In this document: positions 25,998 to 39,419 of the stretch, in pieces
Position numbering within the stretch: the first letter of the stretch is position 1
Layout of the letters: every line of letters starts with the position of its first letter
Assembly: GCA_026770705.1 (NCBI GenBank)
Contig: JANJGN010000021.1
Location: 90,024,001 to 90,088,000, forward strand
Direction: 5' to 3'
Origin: Isurus oxyrinchus
Lineage: Eukaryota
Length of the DNA stretch: 64,000 nt
Position numbers and translations under genes: made by a program
The notes under the pieces: model-generated
Told to the model about the DNA's origin: nothing
Databases searched by the model: none
What the model saw: the letters and a program-made list of their open reading frames with translations, nothing else

Positions 25998-26027
25998 ACC
26001 AGCTGAAAAAAGCCCTTGCTGATATTG
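25998..26027 (+). CDS. Micro-exon, 30 nt, phase 1-1: DQLKKALADI
   Basis: tttattgtttctttcctcggaaatag|ACCAGCTGAAAAAAGCCCTTGCTGATATTG|gtgaga. Confidence 0.8.
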
Positions 26028-27169
26028 GTGAGAAAATGCTTCGAAAAATAGTTTGTGTCAACAAGCATAGGATCGCCGAACAAGTTTTCAGTGCACTTAA
26101 ATGCGCTACGGATTTAAACAATCAGTATTATTTACTTGTCTTTTAATACCCAGCCATGATCTTATTATTAAATGAGTGTATAAACAGTATAACAACGAGA
26201 ATTCGTAGTTTCATGCATTCTTTTGGTGAGTGTTTGCGTCTTCTGAAATATCGATTTAACTCGTGTACTTCAGAAATGCTTTTGAGAAAAAAAGAAAAAT
26301 ACGCGCTTTAGTCATAAAAAAGCTACATTTGTAACTGACGCTGCAATTGTATTGCTTTTGTTGTACCGTTGTATTGTTATAGCTTGGTTTGTTGGCGGCA
26401 AAGTGGCCGAACCGCAAAATTCAAAACATTCCAAATTCTCAAGTTTGCTCCCCTAATCGTCCGAGTATAGCGATTATTTATTTTTAGGTAGTTTGATTGA
26501 GGATAAGTTGACGAGAACTCAATATTCTGTAGTGTTGTCAGATTGACATGCAACCTGGGGTTATAGTCAGAGTATCAAAATCCATACAGCAGTATTTTAG
26601 AGTTCAATTTTGTTACGTGCTGCATAAAAGATTCAGTCCAAAATTCGTATAATCTTATTTTGTACGTAATAGCTAAATGTAATGAAAAAGAACAAGCAGT
26701 CTTCGCTTTTATACGACTAATGATCTAAATATATGGACGCAGGCGCTCGTTGCTTTTCTTCACTGGCAGCCCCAGCTGTGCAGACACGGATTGGTGATTA
26801 AGGGTTCTATAAATAGGGCAGTATTTGTGAAAGCATAGGCTAGTTCGTTCAATAAGCTTCAATAGTGCAGTAGCGGAACAGTGGTACGCTATGACATTCT
26901 TTCCTCTCGGGCACAATTGGATATATCAATGCATTAAAATACGCGTCTCAACATTTTCTCCTTATTATTAGCAAAATTGGATTTATTATTTGCCCAATTC
27001 TCACTTAATCCAAAACAATCCCATTTTAAGCTAACAGTATTGGAATTCACAAATAGTATTTCATGCTCACACGCGTATCCCATTTGGATCTGCTTCGGAC
27101 TGAACTGCAGTAATCATGTCCACCAAGTGGATAACATTGATCTAAGTTTGGTGTTATTTATATTAGGGT

Positions 27170-27680
27170 ATTAATGCTTCATGTCCAAACTTAAATTACC
27201 TTTGCCATTCGTATTGATAGATGTATTAGTTTAAGTGGCTGCAACTCTAAATAAACATAAGTTACGGAAAGATGTGGAACAAATTTATAGGTTGAGGAAT
27301 ACAGAGGAACAATATGAATAATTAAGCTCATTTAATGTCGTGGCATGAATCGGAATAAAAGAACTTTGGATGTTTTCTCTCGTACTTGATACCACTGTTA
27401 ATTAGCGTCGCCCATTTAGGACAAAAACGAGGAGACATTTTTTCCACTGAGAGGGAGTTGTGAGCCTTTGGAATTCTCTTCCTCAAAAGGCGGTGGAATC
27501 AGAGTCTTTTAACATTTTTAAAGCAGAGTTAGACAGGCTCTTGTAAGTAATGATGTGGAAAGTTATCGGGAGCAGCCGGGAATGTGGAATTGAGGTCACA
27601 ATTGGTTCAGCCATGATTTTTTTGAATGGCGGAGCAGAATCCAGGGATCGAGTAGCCCAATCCTAATTCGTATGTTCAAA
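27170..27680 (+). mobile_element. CR1 3' fragment
   Basis: ctttggaattctcttcctcaaaaggcggtggaatcagagtcttt...cagccatgat...gaatggcggagcag matches the tail at 12350-12530. Confidence 0.8.
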
Positions 27681-27739
27681 TGCTGAAATTGAAATCAATG
27701 CAGTTTGCTTTGTTGGTCACATTTAAATACAACGGGGTT

Positions 27740-30700
27740 GAAGATGGCTGCTTGAAAAAGGAGAAGAGCGCACAGCTAGAGCTAAGATTTAAAAACCGAC
27801 GAGTCAGAGCAAAGGTTTAAAAAACGGGCTGCTAACATTGGATTTTTAGAAGAGCTGGAGCTGAGGGCCATAGCGGAGTTTTAAAAGCAACTCACTGATT
27901 GCCAGGGAGGAGCTGGAATGCATCCTCTTTGAACTGACGTCACCGGACAAAGAGTCACGTGAATCTCTTCCTCGGAAGCTTTTCATTTAAGCTAAATTGA
28001 CTCTAACAAAAGGCTAGATTTATTGCTTAATGAGCAAAAGTCTCAAAATTATTGGAGCCTATTTCTTCCTCTCTAATTTATCATATAATTACAATCACTG
28101 CTCAATCGTTTAATCTGATCGCTGGATAAAGATGAAGTGGAATAACAACAGCTAATAGCATTTAAGGCTATTGATTTGTTTTAGAAATTTTTAAAGTAAG
28201 GTAGTTTGAAAATGAGAGTTAAGTCAATTAGCTTTCCTATAAGATAATGGGATATCAACGCAGTAGACGGAGCTTATTAGTGATTAGATGACAGGTTATT
28301 TAAGTTTTTTTTAAAATAGAGGAATGGCAGGGAAGATCAGTTTCACGCAGTGCCCCGCCTGTGAAATGGGAAGTTCAGACGCCTTAATGTCCGCGATAAT
28401 TCCCATGTTTAGGAGTGCCGCCAGCTGCACACGCTCAAGCTCCAGATATTGCGATTTGAATAGCAGGTTATCACTGCGACTTATCCAAGAGGTTGTCAAT
28501 TTGGTGTCTATCTCGTTTATTGATGTGGGCGCCACGCAGTTTTAGGGTATGCAGGCCGAGAAGGAATAGGGGACATCAGGCAGTCAAGGACGACGGAGAA
28601 TATCGTGCAGAAATCCAATGAGAACAACTTACTGTGGAATGATATGCGCCGCGAAATGCTGGTGAGATTGTTAACTGCCCTGAGAATTGCAGCCAGAAGC
28701 AAAAGATCGTCTGCCTCAGGTGTCGAGGTAGAAGCAGTGGCGGAACGGAAAACGAGGAAGTTAGGGAAATCGACAGTGATAGTGCTTCAGTTATTAATGG
28801 AACATAAACAATTTACTGTGGCCACAGACATGTATGCAGGATGCCAAGTTGCCTCCTTGGTGCCAGAATTAAATATATTACTGAATGACTTGTATAGCAT
28901 TCTGAGGAGTGAGGGTGAACAGCCTAAAGTCGTGGTTCATAGATACTGATAATATTGGTAGAAAGAGGGATGAAATCCTACAGACATTGCTTAGGGAGCT
29001 AGAAAATTAACTGGCAAGCAGAAACTAAGAGTCTAGATCATGCGTGTGCTCCCAGTGCTACATTCTAGTGTATTTGGAAATAATAAGACAGAACAGCTAA
29101 ATCTGTTATTAGGGAGGTGCTGCAGGAGAGATGGCTTTAGATTTGGACCTGATCTGTGGAGATGGGTCCAGAAGAGTGTGGGCGAGTTGCTCTGATCTGA
29201 TCAGGAGCGGGACCTGTTCTATTATGTAAGCTTATAACTAATTTGCTATTGGCGTGGCGAACAAGAAATATTAGCTGGGACGAAGGAAAATGCACTTTGA
29301 AGCAGCAAGGACAGATAACGCCAGGGGACGAAATAATATGTTATTAGTTGGTTTCAGGGTAAGAGGAAATGAAACAAGGTTTGAAAGATTGTCAGTATGG
29401 AAGTATATCAATATCCAGAGTGTGATAAATACATTTTATGAGTTGCAGGTGCAGAGCCTTGTGGTAAAATTATGTGGTGGCAATAACGGGAGATGTGGCT
29501 CAAAAATGGACAGATGCTAAATATTTCTTCATACAGTGCGTTCAGGGAGCATTGGGATTACATGAAGGAGGTGGGTAGCTGTAGTGGATAAGAAGAATAT
29601 TACCATGCAGGAGAGAGGAAATGTAGAGGGCTCACAGAGAGAGTTTGTCTTGTTAGACGTATAAAAACAATACAAGTACTGTTGTGCTTCTGGGTGTATT
29701 CAGTCGACCAGCAGTGGATAACACGTGGAGGAAAAAAGCTGGAAGGTCATTACTGATAGATGAAAACAACTATAGAATGGTTTTAATTGGAACATTAATT
29801 GCTCGATTTTAACTTGGGAAATCAATAGTATGGGGGTGCAGTGAATGAGAGGAATTCACGAAGTAGCTTCTGGAGAATTTACGTATCAACATTTTGTGTC
29901 CGCCCACATTGGAATAATGCACTGCTGAACCTGTTTTGGTGCATAGCTAGGTCAAATCGATCAAGTATCAGTGGGCGATCATGTAGAGATAGCGTTTATA
30001 GGATCATACATTGTATTAAAAATGGAGAAATGAGAAATCCAGAGCAAAATGAATTAAAGTAATGACGATTATGCTTCAGTGGCTTGGGAGCCGATCTATC
30101 CAATATAATCTGGAAGAAGAAATTAGCCAGGAGAATTGTAAAGGAACAATATTCCACCTTCGAAGAGGCGACATGTACGGGAACATATGGATATTTTCCG
30201 ATGAAGGGAAGAGGTGTGGCAAAAAATGAAAATCCAGAAGTCTCTGGATGACAAGATTGGTAGCGTGTAAGATGAGCAAAAGCCCTGCATATCACAGATG
30301 CCAGGTGAATAAGACAACGAATAACCAGGCTGAGTATAGAAATTTCAGATGGAAAGTGAAAAAAAAATATTGGAAGCAAGTCCAATGTTTGAGAAGCGAC
30401 TGGCAACTAATATACACAGAAAGTAAAAGCCCTCCATAGGCATATAAAGTGCAAACACGTGGTAAAATAAAGGGTAGGGCCACTTTTAGGCAAAAAAGCT
30501 ATGTATTTAATGGAAGCAGGGGCATGTGCGAATTACTATGTGTACACTTTGTCTCTGTCTTTACCGTTGTAGACTATGCTGCCTGGGTAATAGTGAAGGC
30601 TGAATCTTTGTTATACCGATACTCTAAAAATTATAAACAGGAGGGAATGGACAGGTTGATTGTGCATACATTTAGTAAACCACCCAAACCGCACGAGGTG

Positions 30701-32220
30701 CATCCAAAGATACAGATGCAAGTAAAAGTCGAAATTAAGGAGGCCAGGCTATAATTTCCCAATATTCCTTAGATACAGTTGTGCTGCCAGAGTATTGGTA
30801 ACATTGTACCTTTGTTCAAAAAACTGTGTAAGGATAAGTAAGCCCGCCATCCACAGACCAGTGAGTTGAACATCGGTGATGGGAAAGTTGTTAGAAACAA
30901 TAATTCCAGACAGCATTAACCTTCACTAAAGCACATTTGGACGATTGCTGTTAAGAGATGAAGGATTTTTGAAGAGGAAACAGTGTTCAACGAGCTTGCT
31001 TGAGATCTTCGATTAAGTAACAGAGGGTGTCAATGAAGGTTCACGTGGTTTATGGTGAATATATGGACTTCCAAAAGGCTTTTGATAAAATATTACATAA
31101 CGGGGCTCGCAGTAAATTTAGAAGTCATGGGATAACAGACTATTGCAGATGGGATACAAATTTTGGTTAAGGGACACGTAGCAAAATAATAGGTTATTTT
31201 TCAGATTAGGTGAAGATGTACAATGGGCATCGGCAGGGATTATTTTAGGACCACTGGTTTTCATGATCTATATTATTATCTTAGCTATGGCAAAGTGCAC
31301 AATTTCAAAACTTTCGAATGACGCAAACATTGGATGTATTTTGACTAGTGAGGAAAAGAATGAGAACAACGAAGTTATTGGTGGAATGGGCGGGCAAAGG
31401 GCAGATGAAATTTAAGGCAAAGGCGGGTAAAATGATTCACTTTGGTAGCAATGACGTGTAGAAACAATGCAAAACAAACAGCGACAAATTTAAAGGTTGT
31501 GCAGGAGCAGAGCGACCTGGTGTATATGTACAGAAGTAACTGAAGTTGGCCGGGGAGGTTACAGCAAAGCTTAATAAAACATACAGGGCCCTAGGCTTTG
31601 CAAAACTGGATCGAGAGAACAACAGCAAGGACGTTATGATTATTCTGCATAAATGCTGCTTCTTTTTAAATTGGAGTTTTTTTATTCAAATATGAGCATC
31701 ACTCTTATTGAAAAATGTGAATGCAACAGAGACAATGTAGGGAAGAAAAACAGTCACCAGAATGGCTCCAGGGATGATGGGCCAATTCCATGTGGCGAAA
31801 TTGCAGATGCTGTTGCTATTTTCCTTTGATAAGGGAAGACTAAAACGAGATATTATAACTGTTTTCACAATCCTGAGGCAGCAGTACAAAAAAGAGAGAT
31901 AGATTATTTTCATTTCTCCTGCTGGCAGAAAGCATGAGAACCAGAAGACAGCAAATAAAGTTAATTGACAAAGCAAGCAAGGACAACATGAAGAAAAACA
32001 TTTTTGTCAGGACGTGCCTTTGGAATGCTCAACCTGAGTGTGTGAGGAGGCAGATTCAATCACGGCCTTCAAAACAGAATTGGCGAATTATTTGGAGGAA
32101 AATAACTTGCAGAACTACGGGGAAAAGGCAAGCAGTGGGGCTCGGTGACTTGCTGTTCCATACAGTTGACAAGGACACGGTGGCACGAATTGGATCCCTC
32201 TGTGCTTTAACCATTAGCAT
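27740..32220 (+). mobile_element. Near full-length but heavily mutated CR1 LINE (5'UTR, ORF1 zinc-finger/esterase, ORF2 endonuclease-RT, 3' tail)
   Basis: ORF1 start MAGKISFTQCPACEM (CxxC) at 28324, esterase-like EGEQPKVVVH at ~28910, endonuclease start YINIQSVIN at ~29404, YMDFQKAFDK at ~31060, 3' tail ~32190-32220. Confidence 0.85.
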
Positions 32221-32229
32221 CGTCATGCA

Positions 32230-33585
32230 CGCCTTTCCATCTGTTTAAAATATGGAAATGCCGCAAACCCCTTAGGGATGGGAGGGTTCTATATGATTGA
32301 TTTTTGCTTATGGCTGAAGATTTCATTCCGTGAAGGGCAGGATTTGCCACAAGCGCTGCATTTGAGATGGCAATCTTGCACTACTGTGGCGAGTTTTGTT
32401 TAAAGTATTGTCAAGCTACTGTAGCCACTGATCACCACTGCGCCGCATGCTGGGGAGAGTCGATGGTGTCATTTTCATTTATAGTTAGCCAATATTTCCT
32501 ACTAGTGCAAATCGACATTTTTAGGCTTTATATCACACTAGAAGTACTCTTGAAGCAGATTTTGGGCGCCCTCCTGCGGTCCTGAATCTGTTTATGTCGG
32601 CGTACAGAAAACCCTTGAGAATCTTCAATCCTGCGAATGTAACTGAGCCAGAAATGTCGACTTGTATTGAGTATACTTGCGAGATGTTTTCTTTAAGGGA
32701 ACTGTTACGTCATGTTTTTTGTCCTTCCATGAGGTATCCAGAATCTGTTGCAAATGATGAAGATGAAAATGGATGAACTTCCTTTCCTGTTAACTGCAAG
32801 GTGATAGTGCTTCACAGTTATTCAACAATATACCAAGAACGCACGGGTCATAAACTGGCATCTTGGTCTCAACAGTCGGGTTGTTTTCCCATGCATGATG
32901 TGTGAGTCAGTGAATGGCAAAGACCTCTACCATATGCGCGCATAAAGTCAGATTGTGTGTCACGGTGGATCAAAGATAGCATAATTTTTTCACCATTTCC
33001 GACAGTGTTATTGAGTGCACTCAAGCGTGGAGCTGTGGCATCCTGTCTCATAACTTATGACTATTGCATCAAGTTAAAGACCTGGAAGAGAAAATCGAGG
33101 ATTCATTGCAGCTGAGTTTCTGTATCAATGGTTAGCACCGCATCATCGATGTAGAACAGTTTTCTCGTAAAGACATGCTGTATGTTTGTCTTCACTTTCA
33201 GTCTTGACAAAATGCAAAGTTTTTCCTCCTAGTTTGCAGGAATAGTCAGGTACACGGAAAAGAGAAGTATCAAACAATTTGGGGGCTGGGGCACAGCCCT
33301 GTTTCACTTCATTCTTCACCCTGAAATTTTGGAGTGTGTCAAACTCTACAGTACAGTGCAGAACAAGAAAAGAACTGATGAGACTAAAAGGCATTGGGGG
33401 ACAGCGGCGTTTCTCCAAACTTGAAGCACCATGCCTTGTTTCAAATGCTTTACTGAGATCTACGAAAGTAAACAAAATATGTATTTCCTGTTTCTCTGCA
33501 CTTGTCTTGCAGCTGGTATCAGGAGAACATAGTGTCCACAGTGCATCTGTCAGCTGTTTTCTGTCCTCAATTATCATTAGAAAAG
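32230..33585 (-). mobile_element. RTE-clade LINE fragment (RT to 3' end)
   Basis: ORF 33143-33577(-): FTFVDLSKAFET, VKQGCAPAPKLF, characteristic of RTE/BovB-type RT. Confidence 0.8.
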
Positions 33586-34259
33586 TGTATGATTCTCAGC
33601 AGATCTGAAATTCCTATTTTCAAAAATTCAAATTCAATCCATCTGTTTTGAGACAAATGTAGACATGAAAATAAACTAAAAAAACATAAGAAGTAAACAT
33701 TAAGCGGAAGACACCTTTTTAAAATATGTTACTTGAGTTACAAAGATTTGACTCCCATGCTAATATTTGTACTGTTTTAAGTGCCAACGAGCCATATTAT
33801 TTGACATATGACAATGAATGAATTCAAATGATCCAAAGTCGCCAACAAAACTTCACAATTTTTCCTAAGATGCGGTTGCTCTGAAAATAAATTTTGAACA
33901 TTCAAAAATGCAAAGTAAATATTTTGAAATATAACTCAGGTGTAAAGTAATCAGGTTGATCCTATTGTCTATTACCACTTTGGGGAATTGCCATGCATAA
34001 AGCCTGTAAGAAGGAAAAATGGTGCAGGGCGAAAGTACCATGGTGGATGTGAAAAATCACATATTTAGCACTTTGAAGATAATGAAAAGTCGAGATCAGA
34101 GCTGATGGGTGCTTGCACCGTAGCTGCTGGCATTAAGCGTTTAAAAATTTCTTCGAACATCCCCCGTGGATGAAACAGACATTGAATCCTTTATATGCAA
34201 CTATTATTGCGGCCTTTCCGTTGCTTTCTCTTATTTTTCTCCTTATGTTTTTGGAATAC

Positions 34260-35285
34260 ATCACACATGACACGCATTCAAGTTAAGATCACTCAGTCAG
34301 TCATTGAGCTCCAATATGCAGATGATGCCTGTGTGTGTACGCACTCAAGAACTTGCCCTGTTCATTGTCAACTCCTTTTCTAAAGCACAAGGAGAAAATG
34401 AGCACTTCACTGAAATATGGTAAATTGACCCCTCTTCCAACCCACTCCCATTAAACAACACGTCGGCCCGACCCTCACCTCCATGGATTAATATCAACTG
34501 TAAGGATCTGGGTGACTCCCCGTATTTTTGGCGCCATGTATCAGCGAAGAAAGACACAAGCCACAAGATTCATCATCGCCTCCAAAGTTCCATTTGAACA
34601 TTAACCCGGCTGATGCAAAGAACATTTGAGGGCTACGCTCTCAAACTGGACCAAAGATAATCGCCTTCTATGCATCAGAGGTCACCGTGCTCCTCTATGT
34701 TGTGAAGACTTGGATAACGTACAACAGGCACTTCAAAGCACTGGGGTAGTTGCAGAAGCAGTATCTTTGCAAGACCCTTCAAATCCGCTGAAAAAGAACT
34801 TTGTCCAAGAACAGCATTCACGACCAGTGCCAGCCTTGAGGTACTAGCCATTCAAATCCAGCTCTGCTAGGCAGAACATGTTGTTATTAAGTCTGACACA
34901 AGGCTCACGAAACAATTGCTCTACCTGCAACTCGGTAATGGCATGAGACCCCCAGAAAGATGGCAAAAAACGCCTTATCGTTCCCCTAACTGCATCCACG
35001 AAGTGGTTGAACATCCTCACCAACTCAAGGTAATCCCTGGCATTTGACTGAACAAAATTCATTGACCATATAGAGGCACATCGTCAGGAAAAAAGCAGAG
35101 GCAAAGTGGAAGAGTCAGAGTGTAGAAACCTCCAAATGAACTCAATTAGCCGACCCTTCGACCCTACTTTTCCCACTCGTGGCAGAGTGTACAGATGGTG
35201 CACTGGACTTAGCAGCCACCCCAGAATCCATCGATCTGGAATGAAAGCAACTGATCATCGAAACCATAGGTCTTCCTAAGGATTC
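34260..35285 (+). mobile_element. RTE-clade LINE 3' fragment
   Basis: VIELQYADDACV at ~34300; C-terminal zinc-finger-like remnant cccactcgtggcagagtgtacaga...ggacttagcagccac at ~35170-35220. Confidence 0.75.
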
Positions 35286-36232
35286 ATGAAACCTTCATGC
35301 AGGCACGTGGTGCACACATGCTTACTAAACGGGAATTAGCGATGCTTTTAATTTAAATGCATTCAAATGAACAAACAGAATGTGGAAGGACTCTGAGTTT
35401 AAATGAAAAGGCTAAATGTAAGTATATAGAAGGATAATCCGCTTTCTTTTCTGCTGCTCGCAAAAAAATCCTGATCCTTTATTCAGGGCGTCTCTAAGCA
35501 GCGGTTTTGTATGAAGCTCATATGGGGAGCTTTGTAAAATCGCCCAGGTCCCGTTTCATGAATGAAAATTTGTGGGCGCAGAGGATTATATAGGGAAATG
35601 ATTTACATTGCGATGATTTTGTGATAGTGTATACATGCCACTACATTACACGGAACTTTAGGCAACAAATTTAAATTGTGTCCTGGATGCGTGTGCCTAT
35701 GTGCTAAAATGCAAGGAAAATTCAAGGCTGCTGTGATCTCAGTAAGTTAACAGTCGCTGAAGTGGTTTTATCAATCCTTTGATAGAGCATTTGTGAGGTT
35801 CAACCTGAACGAAGGAAAACATGGGAAGTAATTTTGTTAGTGGAGAATGGAACAATGAGGCCGCGAAATATTACAAAAATGGTTGAGGTTTACCTGAAAT
35901 ATAAGTTGTAGGCTCGGAAGCATCGGTGAATGGACCAAGGCACTATGCTGTCACTTTTCACCAGCTGTGGACCCACATAAAGGAGAAAGATGGCCGTGTA
36001 TTTGTTCTCAGAGAAACAGGCGGCGTTGGCCTTTTTGCGCAAATGAAATCGGACAACAGAAGAGTTTCTGTAATTCAAAATGTATTCAGGAATGTGAAAC
36101 TGTAGATTGATGATTAGCATATGTCATACCATCCACATTGACCATTGCAGAAGCTGCATTTAATGTTCTTTCACATTATATCCTCACATTGTTATTAACT
36201 GTTGATTTTCTTTGTTCTTGCCTGATCGACAG

Positions 36233-36256
36233 TCGCACTGCAGGATAGAAATGCAG
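36233..36256 (+). CDS. Micro-exon, 24 nt, phase 1-1: VALQDRNA
   Basis: gattttctttgttcttgcctgatcgacag|TCGCACTGCAGGATAGAAATGCAG|gtagga. Confidence 0.75.
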
Positions 36257-36429
36257 GTAGGACAGCAGTAATTCATATGAAATATTTATGAAAATGTATA
36301 GCATATATCAACTAAGCATGCAATTATTAAATAATAGTGTAACCATCTCAGTGTTAGTGACATATTTTTATAATATTATGCTGAGATGAGAAGTGATAAA
36401 GGCATGAATTCACCTGAGGGAGGGGTTGT

Positions 36430-38855
36430 ACACACTACGATGGGGTTTAAAATAAGAAATAATGGGAGCTTGTCAGAAGGGTATGGCGATAATAAAGGGA
36501 GATTATATAACCTGGAAAATTCAGATGGGCAAAGGTAGCCTTAGATAAGGAATTCAAAGGACGTTTTCGGAATAGTTTCTTAGAACTGCTTATTCTGGCA
36601 ACAACCAGAGAGCAGACAACACGAGATCTGGTATTTTGGAATGAAAGAGGATTCATTACTGACCTCATAGTGATGGCGCCCTAGGTAGCTGTAATTATAA
36701 TAGCATTCCATTTTAAATTCAGTTTGAGGGAGAGAAGAGTGTGCCCAAGGTTAATTTTGTAAACTTGTCTATGGGCAATTCTGAGGGCACGAAAGTAGAG
36801 CTAAAGTGAACTGACAAGTTAGGTTAGGGGATTGGTGAATACAGATGTCGTGGTGGATATTTAACGGGATAATTCAGAATGCACAGAATGTATACATTCA
36901 AATAAGAAAGAAACAATCTAAGGGGAGGACCCACCATTCATGTTTAACTAAAATAGCTACGATAATATCAAACTTAAAGAAAAAAGAAACAAATAATTGT
37001 GCAAATATGTCTGCCAGTTCAGGCTAGAGAAAGCTAGTTAGAAATATGAAGGCAAATATTAAGAGTTTCTATAGATATTTAAACATGATCAGAGTTACAA
37101 AATGAGGGTTGGCCATATAGAAGGTTAGTGTGGGGGATTGATAATGGAAAATAAGGGGATGGTAGATGAATTGAACAGGTATGTTGCTACAAAGGATACA
37201 AGCAACATCTTAGAAATAGTTGTAAATCAGCAAATGTAAGGGAGGGAGCTGCACAAGAAAATTACAATTGCCAGGGAAGTGATACTGACCACATTGTTGG
37301 GGCTATGGGATTACAAGTCCTTGGGTCGTGTTGCACTTCATCCTCAGGTCATAAAATGAATGGATGATAAGATAGCTGATGCATTGGTTTTAATCTCTCA
37401 AAATTCCCTAAATTCTGGGGAGGTTCTATTAGTTTTTAAATAGCGAAAGTAATCTTTGTTAAGAAAGACAGGGAGACAGAAAACAGGAAACTGCAGACCA
37501 GTTAGCTTAACATCAGATCGTGGGGAAATATTTTACAGCAAATTATTAAAGAAATTATAGTAAGGCACTTATAAAAAAACAAGGTAATCAAACAGGGCCA
37601 ACATGTTTTTGTGCCAGGGAACTAATGTTTAAGGAATGTATTTGGGTTCTTTGAAGACATGCATGTGCTGTCGATAAAATGGAAATAGCTGATATAATGT
37701 ACTTAGATTTCTAAAAGGCATTTGATAAGGTGCCACATCAAAGGTCACTGCAGGACACAAATCTCATGGTGTCGGGGGTAACCCACGGGTAAAAGATTGA
37801 GTAGTTAAAATGAAACATAAACAAGGCATACATGGGTAATTTTCTGATTGGCAGGATGTTATAAGTGTTATGCCACAGGAATCGATGTTGGCGCCTCAAC
37901 ATTTTCACAATTTTTATAAATGACTTGGACGATAGAACTGAAAGTATAGTTGCTAAGTTTGCTGATGGCAGAGGGATAGGTAGGAATGTAAGTTGTGAAG
38001 ACGGCACAAGCAGGCTACAAAAGAATATGGATAGGCTAAGTGAGTGGACAAAGATCTGGCAAATGGAGAGTGTGAAATTGTCCATTTTGTCAGGAAGAAT
38101 AAAAAGGAAGCATAGTATCTAAATGGCGAGGGATTGCTGAACTCTGAGGTGCAGAGGGATCTGGGTGTCCTAGTGCATGAATCGCAAAATTTTATTATGC
38201 AGGTCCGGCAAGTAATTAGGAAATCTGACGGAATGTTATTATCTATTGCGAGGGAAATTTAATTTAAGAGTAGGAGGTTCATGCTTCAGTTATAGGGAGC
38301 TTTAGTTTGACTACAGCAGGAAAACTGTGCGGAGTATCGTTCTGCTTATTTAATGAAGCAGATAAAAGAAGGTTTTCGAGACTAATAAATGAATAGGCGA
38401 CTTGTCTTATCAAGAAACGTTGGACAGTCTATGGTTTCATCCACTGATCTTTAGATGAGTAAGGGGCTACATGATTGAAACATATAAGATCTGGAATGAC
38501 CTTGGCAGGGTGGATGTGGAAAGGACACTAGCTCCTGTGGGAGTATCTAGAACTAGCAGTCACTGCTTAAAAATAAGGGGTTGCCCATTCAAGACAGAGA
38601 TGAGGAGAATTTTTGTTTTATCCTGGAGAACCATGAGTCTTTGGAACTCTCTTGCTCAAAGGCCAGTGGAACCAGACTCTGAGCAATGTGAAGGAATATA
38701 TAGATAGATCTTGATACACAGTGGGTGAAAGGCTATCGGTAGTGTGCGGGAAGGTCGATTTGAAGTTAGGAATGTCTCAGCCATGATCTTATAGTGTAGG
38801 GGAGCAAGCTCGAACGCTGAGTGACCTTCCCCTGCTCTTAATTCATATATTCATA
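36430..38855 (+). mobile_element. CR1 LINE, ORF2 (late endonuclease to 3' tail), decayed
   Basis: FTIFINDLDDRTESIVAKFAD (ORF 37865), MIETYKI (ORF 38471), tacttagatttctaaaaggcatttgataaggtgcc at ~37700. Confidence 0.9.
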
Positions 38856-39257
38856 TGGTCATGTTACATTGTTCCAAGGAAACTAGAAACTTCATTGATA
38901 TAAATATATTATTTGTATGGTATGAGACTGAAGTGCTAAAAAATGTATATTTCAAAATAATAGCAATAATAGCATGCACGTGACAAATTCGATTTAAATT
39001 ATTTGAATATTTTTCATTTTATAACAGCACAGATTAAAATTCCCTTTGTATTTTCCAAATTATGCCAAAAAGTAAGCGAAAAGAACAAACACCTAGAGCT
39101 CCATCGACGGCGACACGACAAGTTCTTTTTCAATCGCTTTAAACCCGTTTTCCCCTGCCAATCATTATTTTGAAGCCCGATCCAATTGTTTGCTCAGCGT
39201 TCAAATGCATGATTTCCAAGGTCAATTAATTGATTCTCACCAGTTATATGTTAAGCC

Positions 39258-39390
39258 CAAAAGCAAAAAAAAAAAAAAAATGCGTATTGGAAACCTGAAA
39301 TGAAAACAGAAAATGCCGTAAATACTCAGCAGGTCAGGCATCATCTACAGAAAGAGAAAAATATATTACATCTCAGATAATGAACTCACA
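39258..39390. mobile_element. Short Penelope-terminus fragment
   Basis: gaaacctgaaatgaaaacagaaaatgccgtaaatactcagcaggtcaggcatcatct matches the reverse complement of 3965-4030. Confidence 0.65.
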
Positions 39391-39419
39391 TTAGTACTCA
39401 TCAATTTCGTTCCAGTTTT

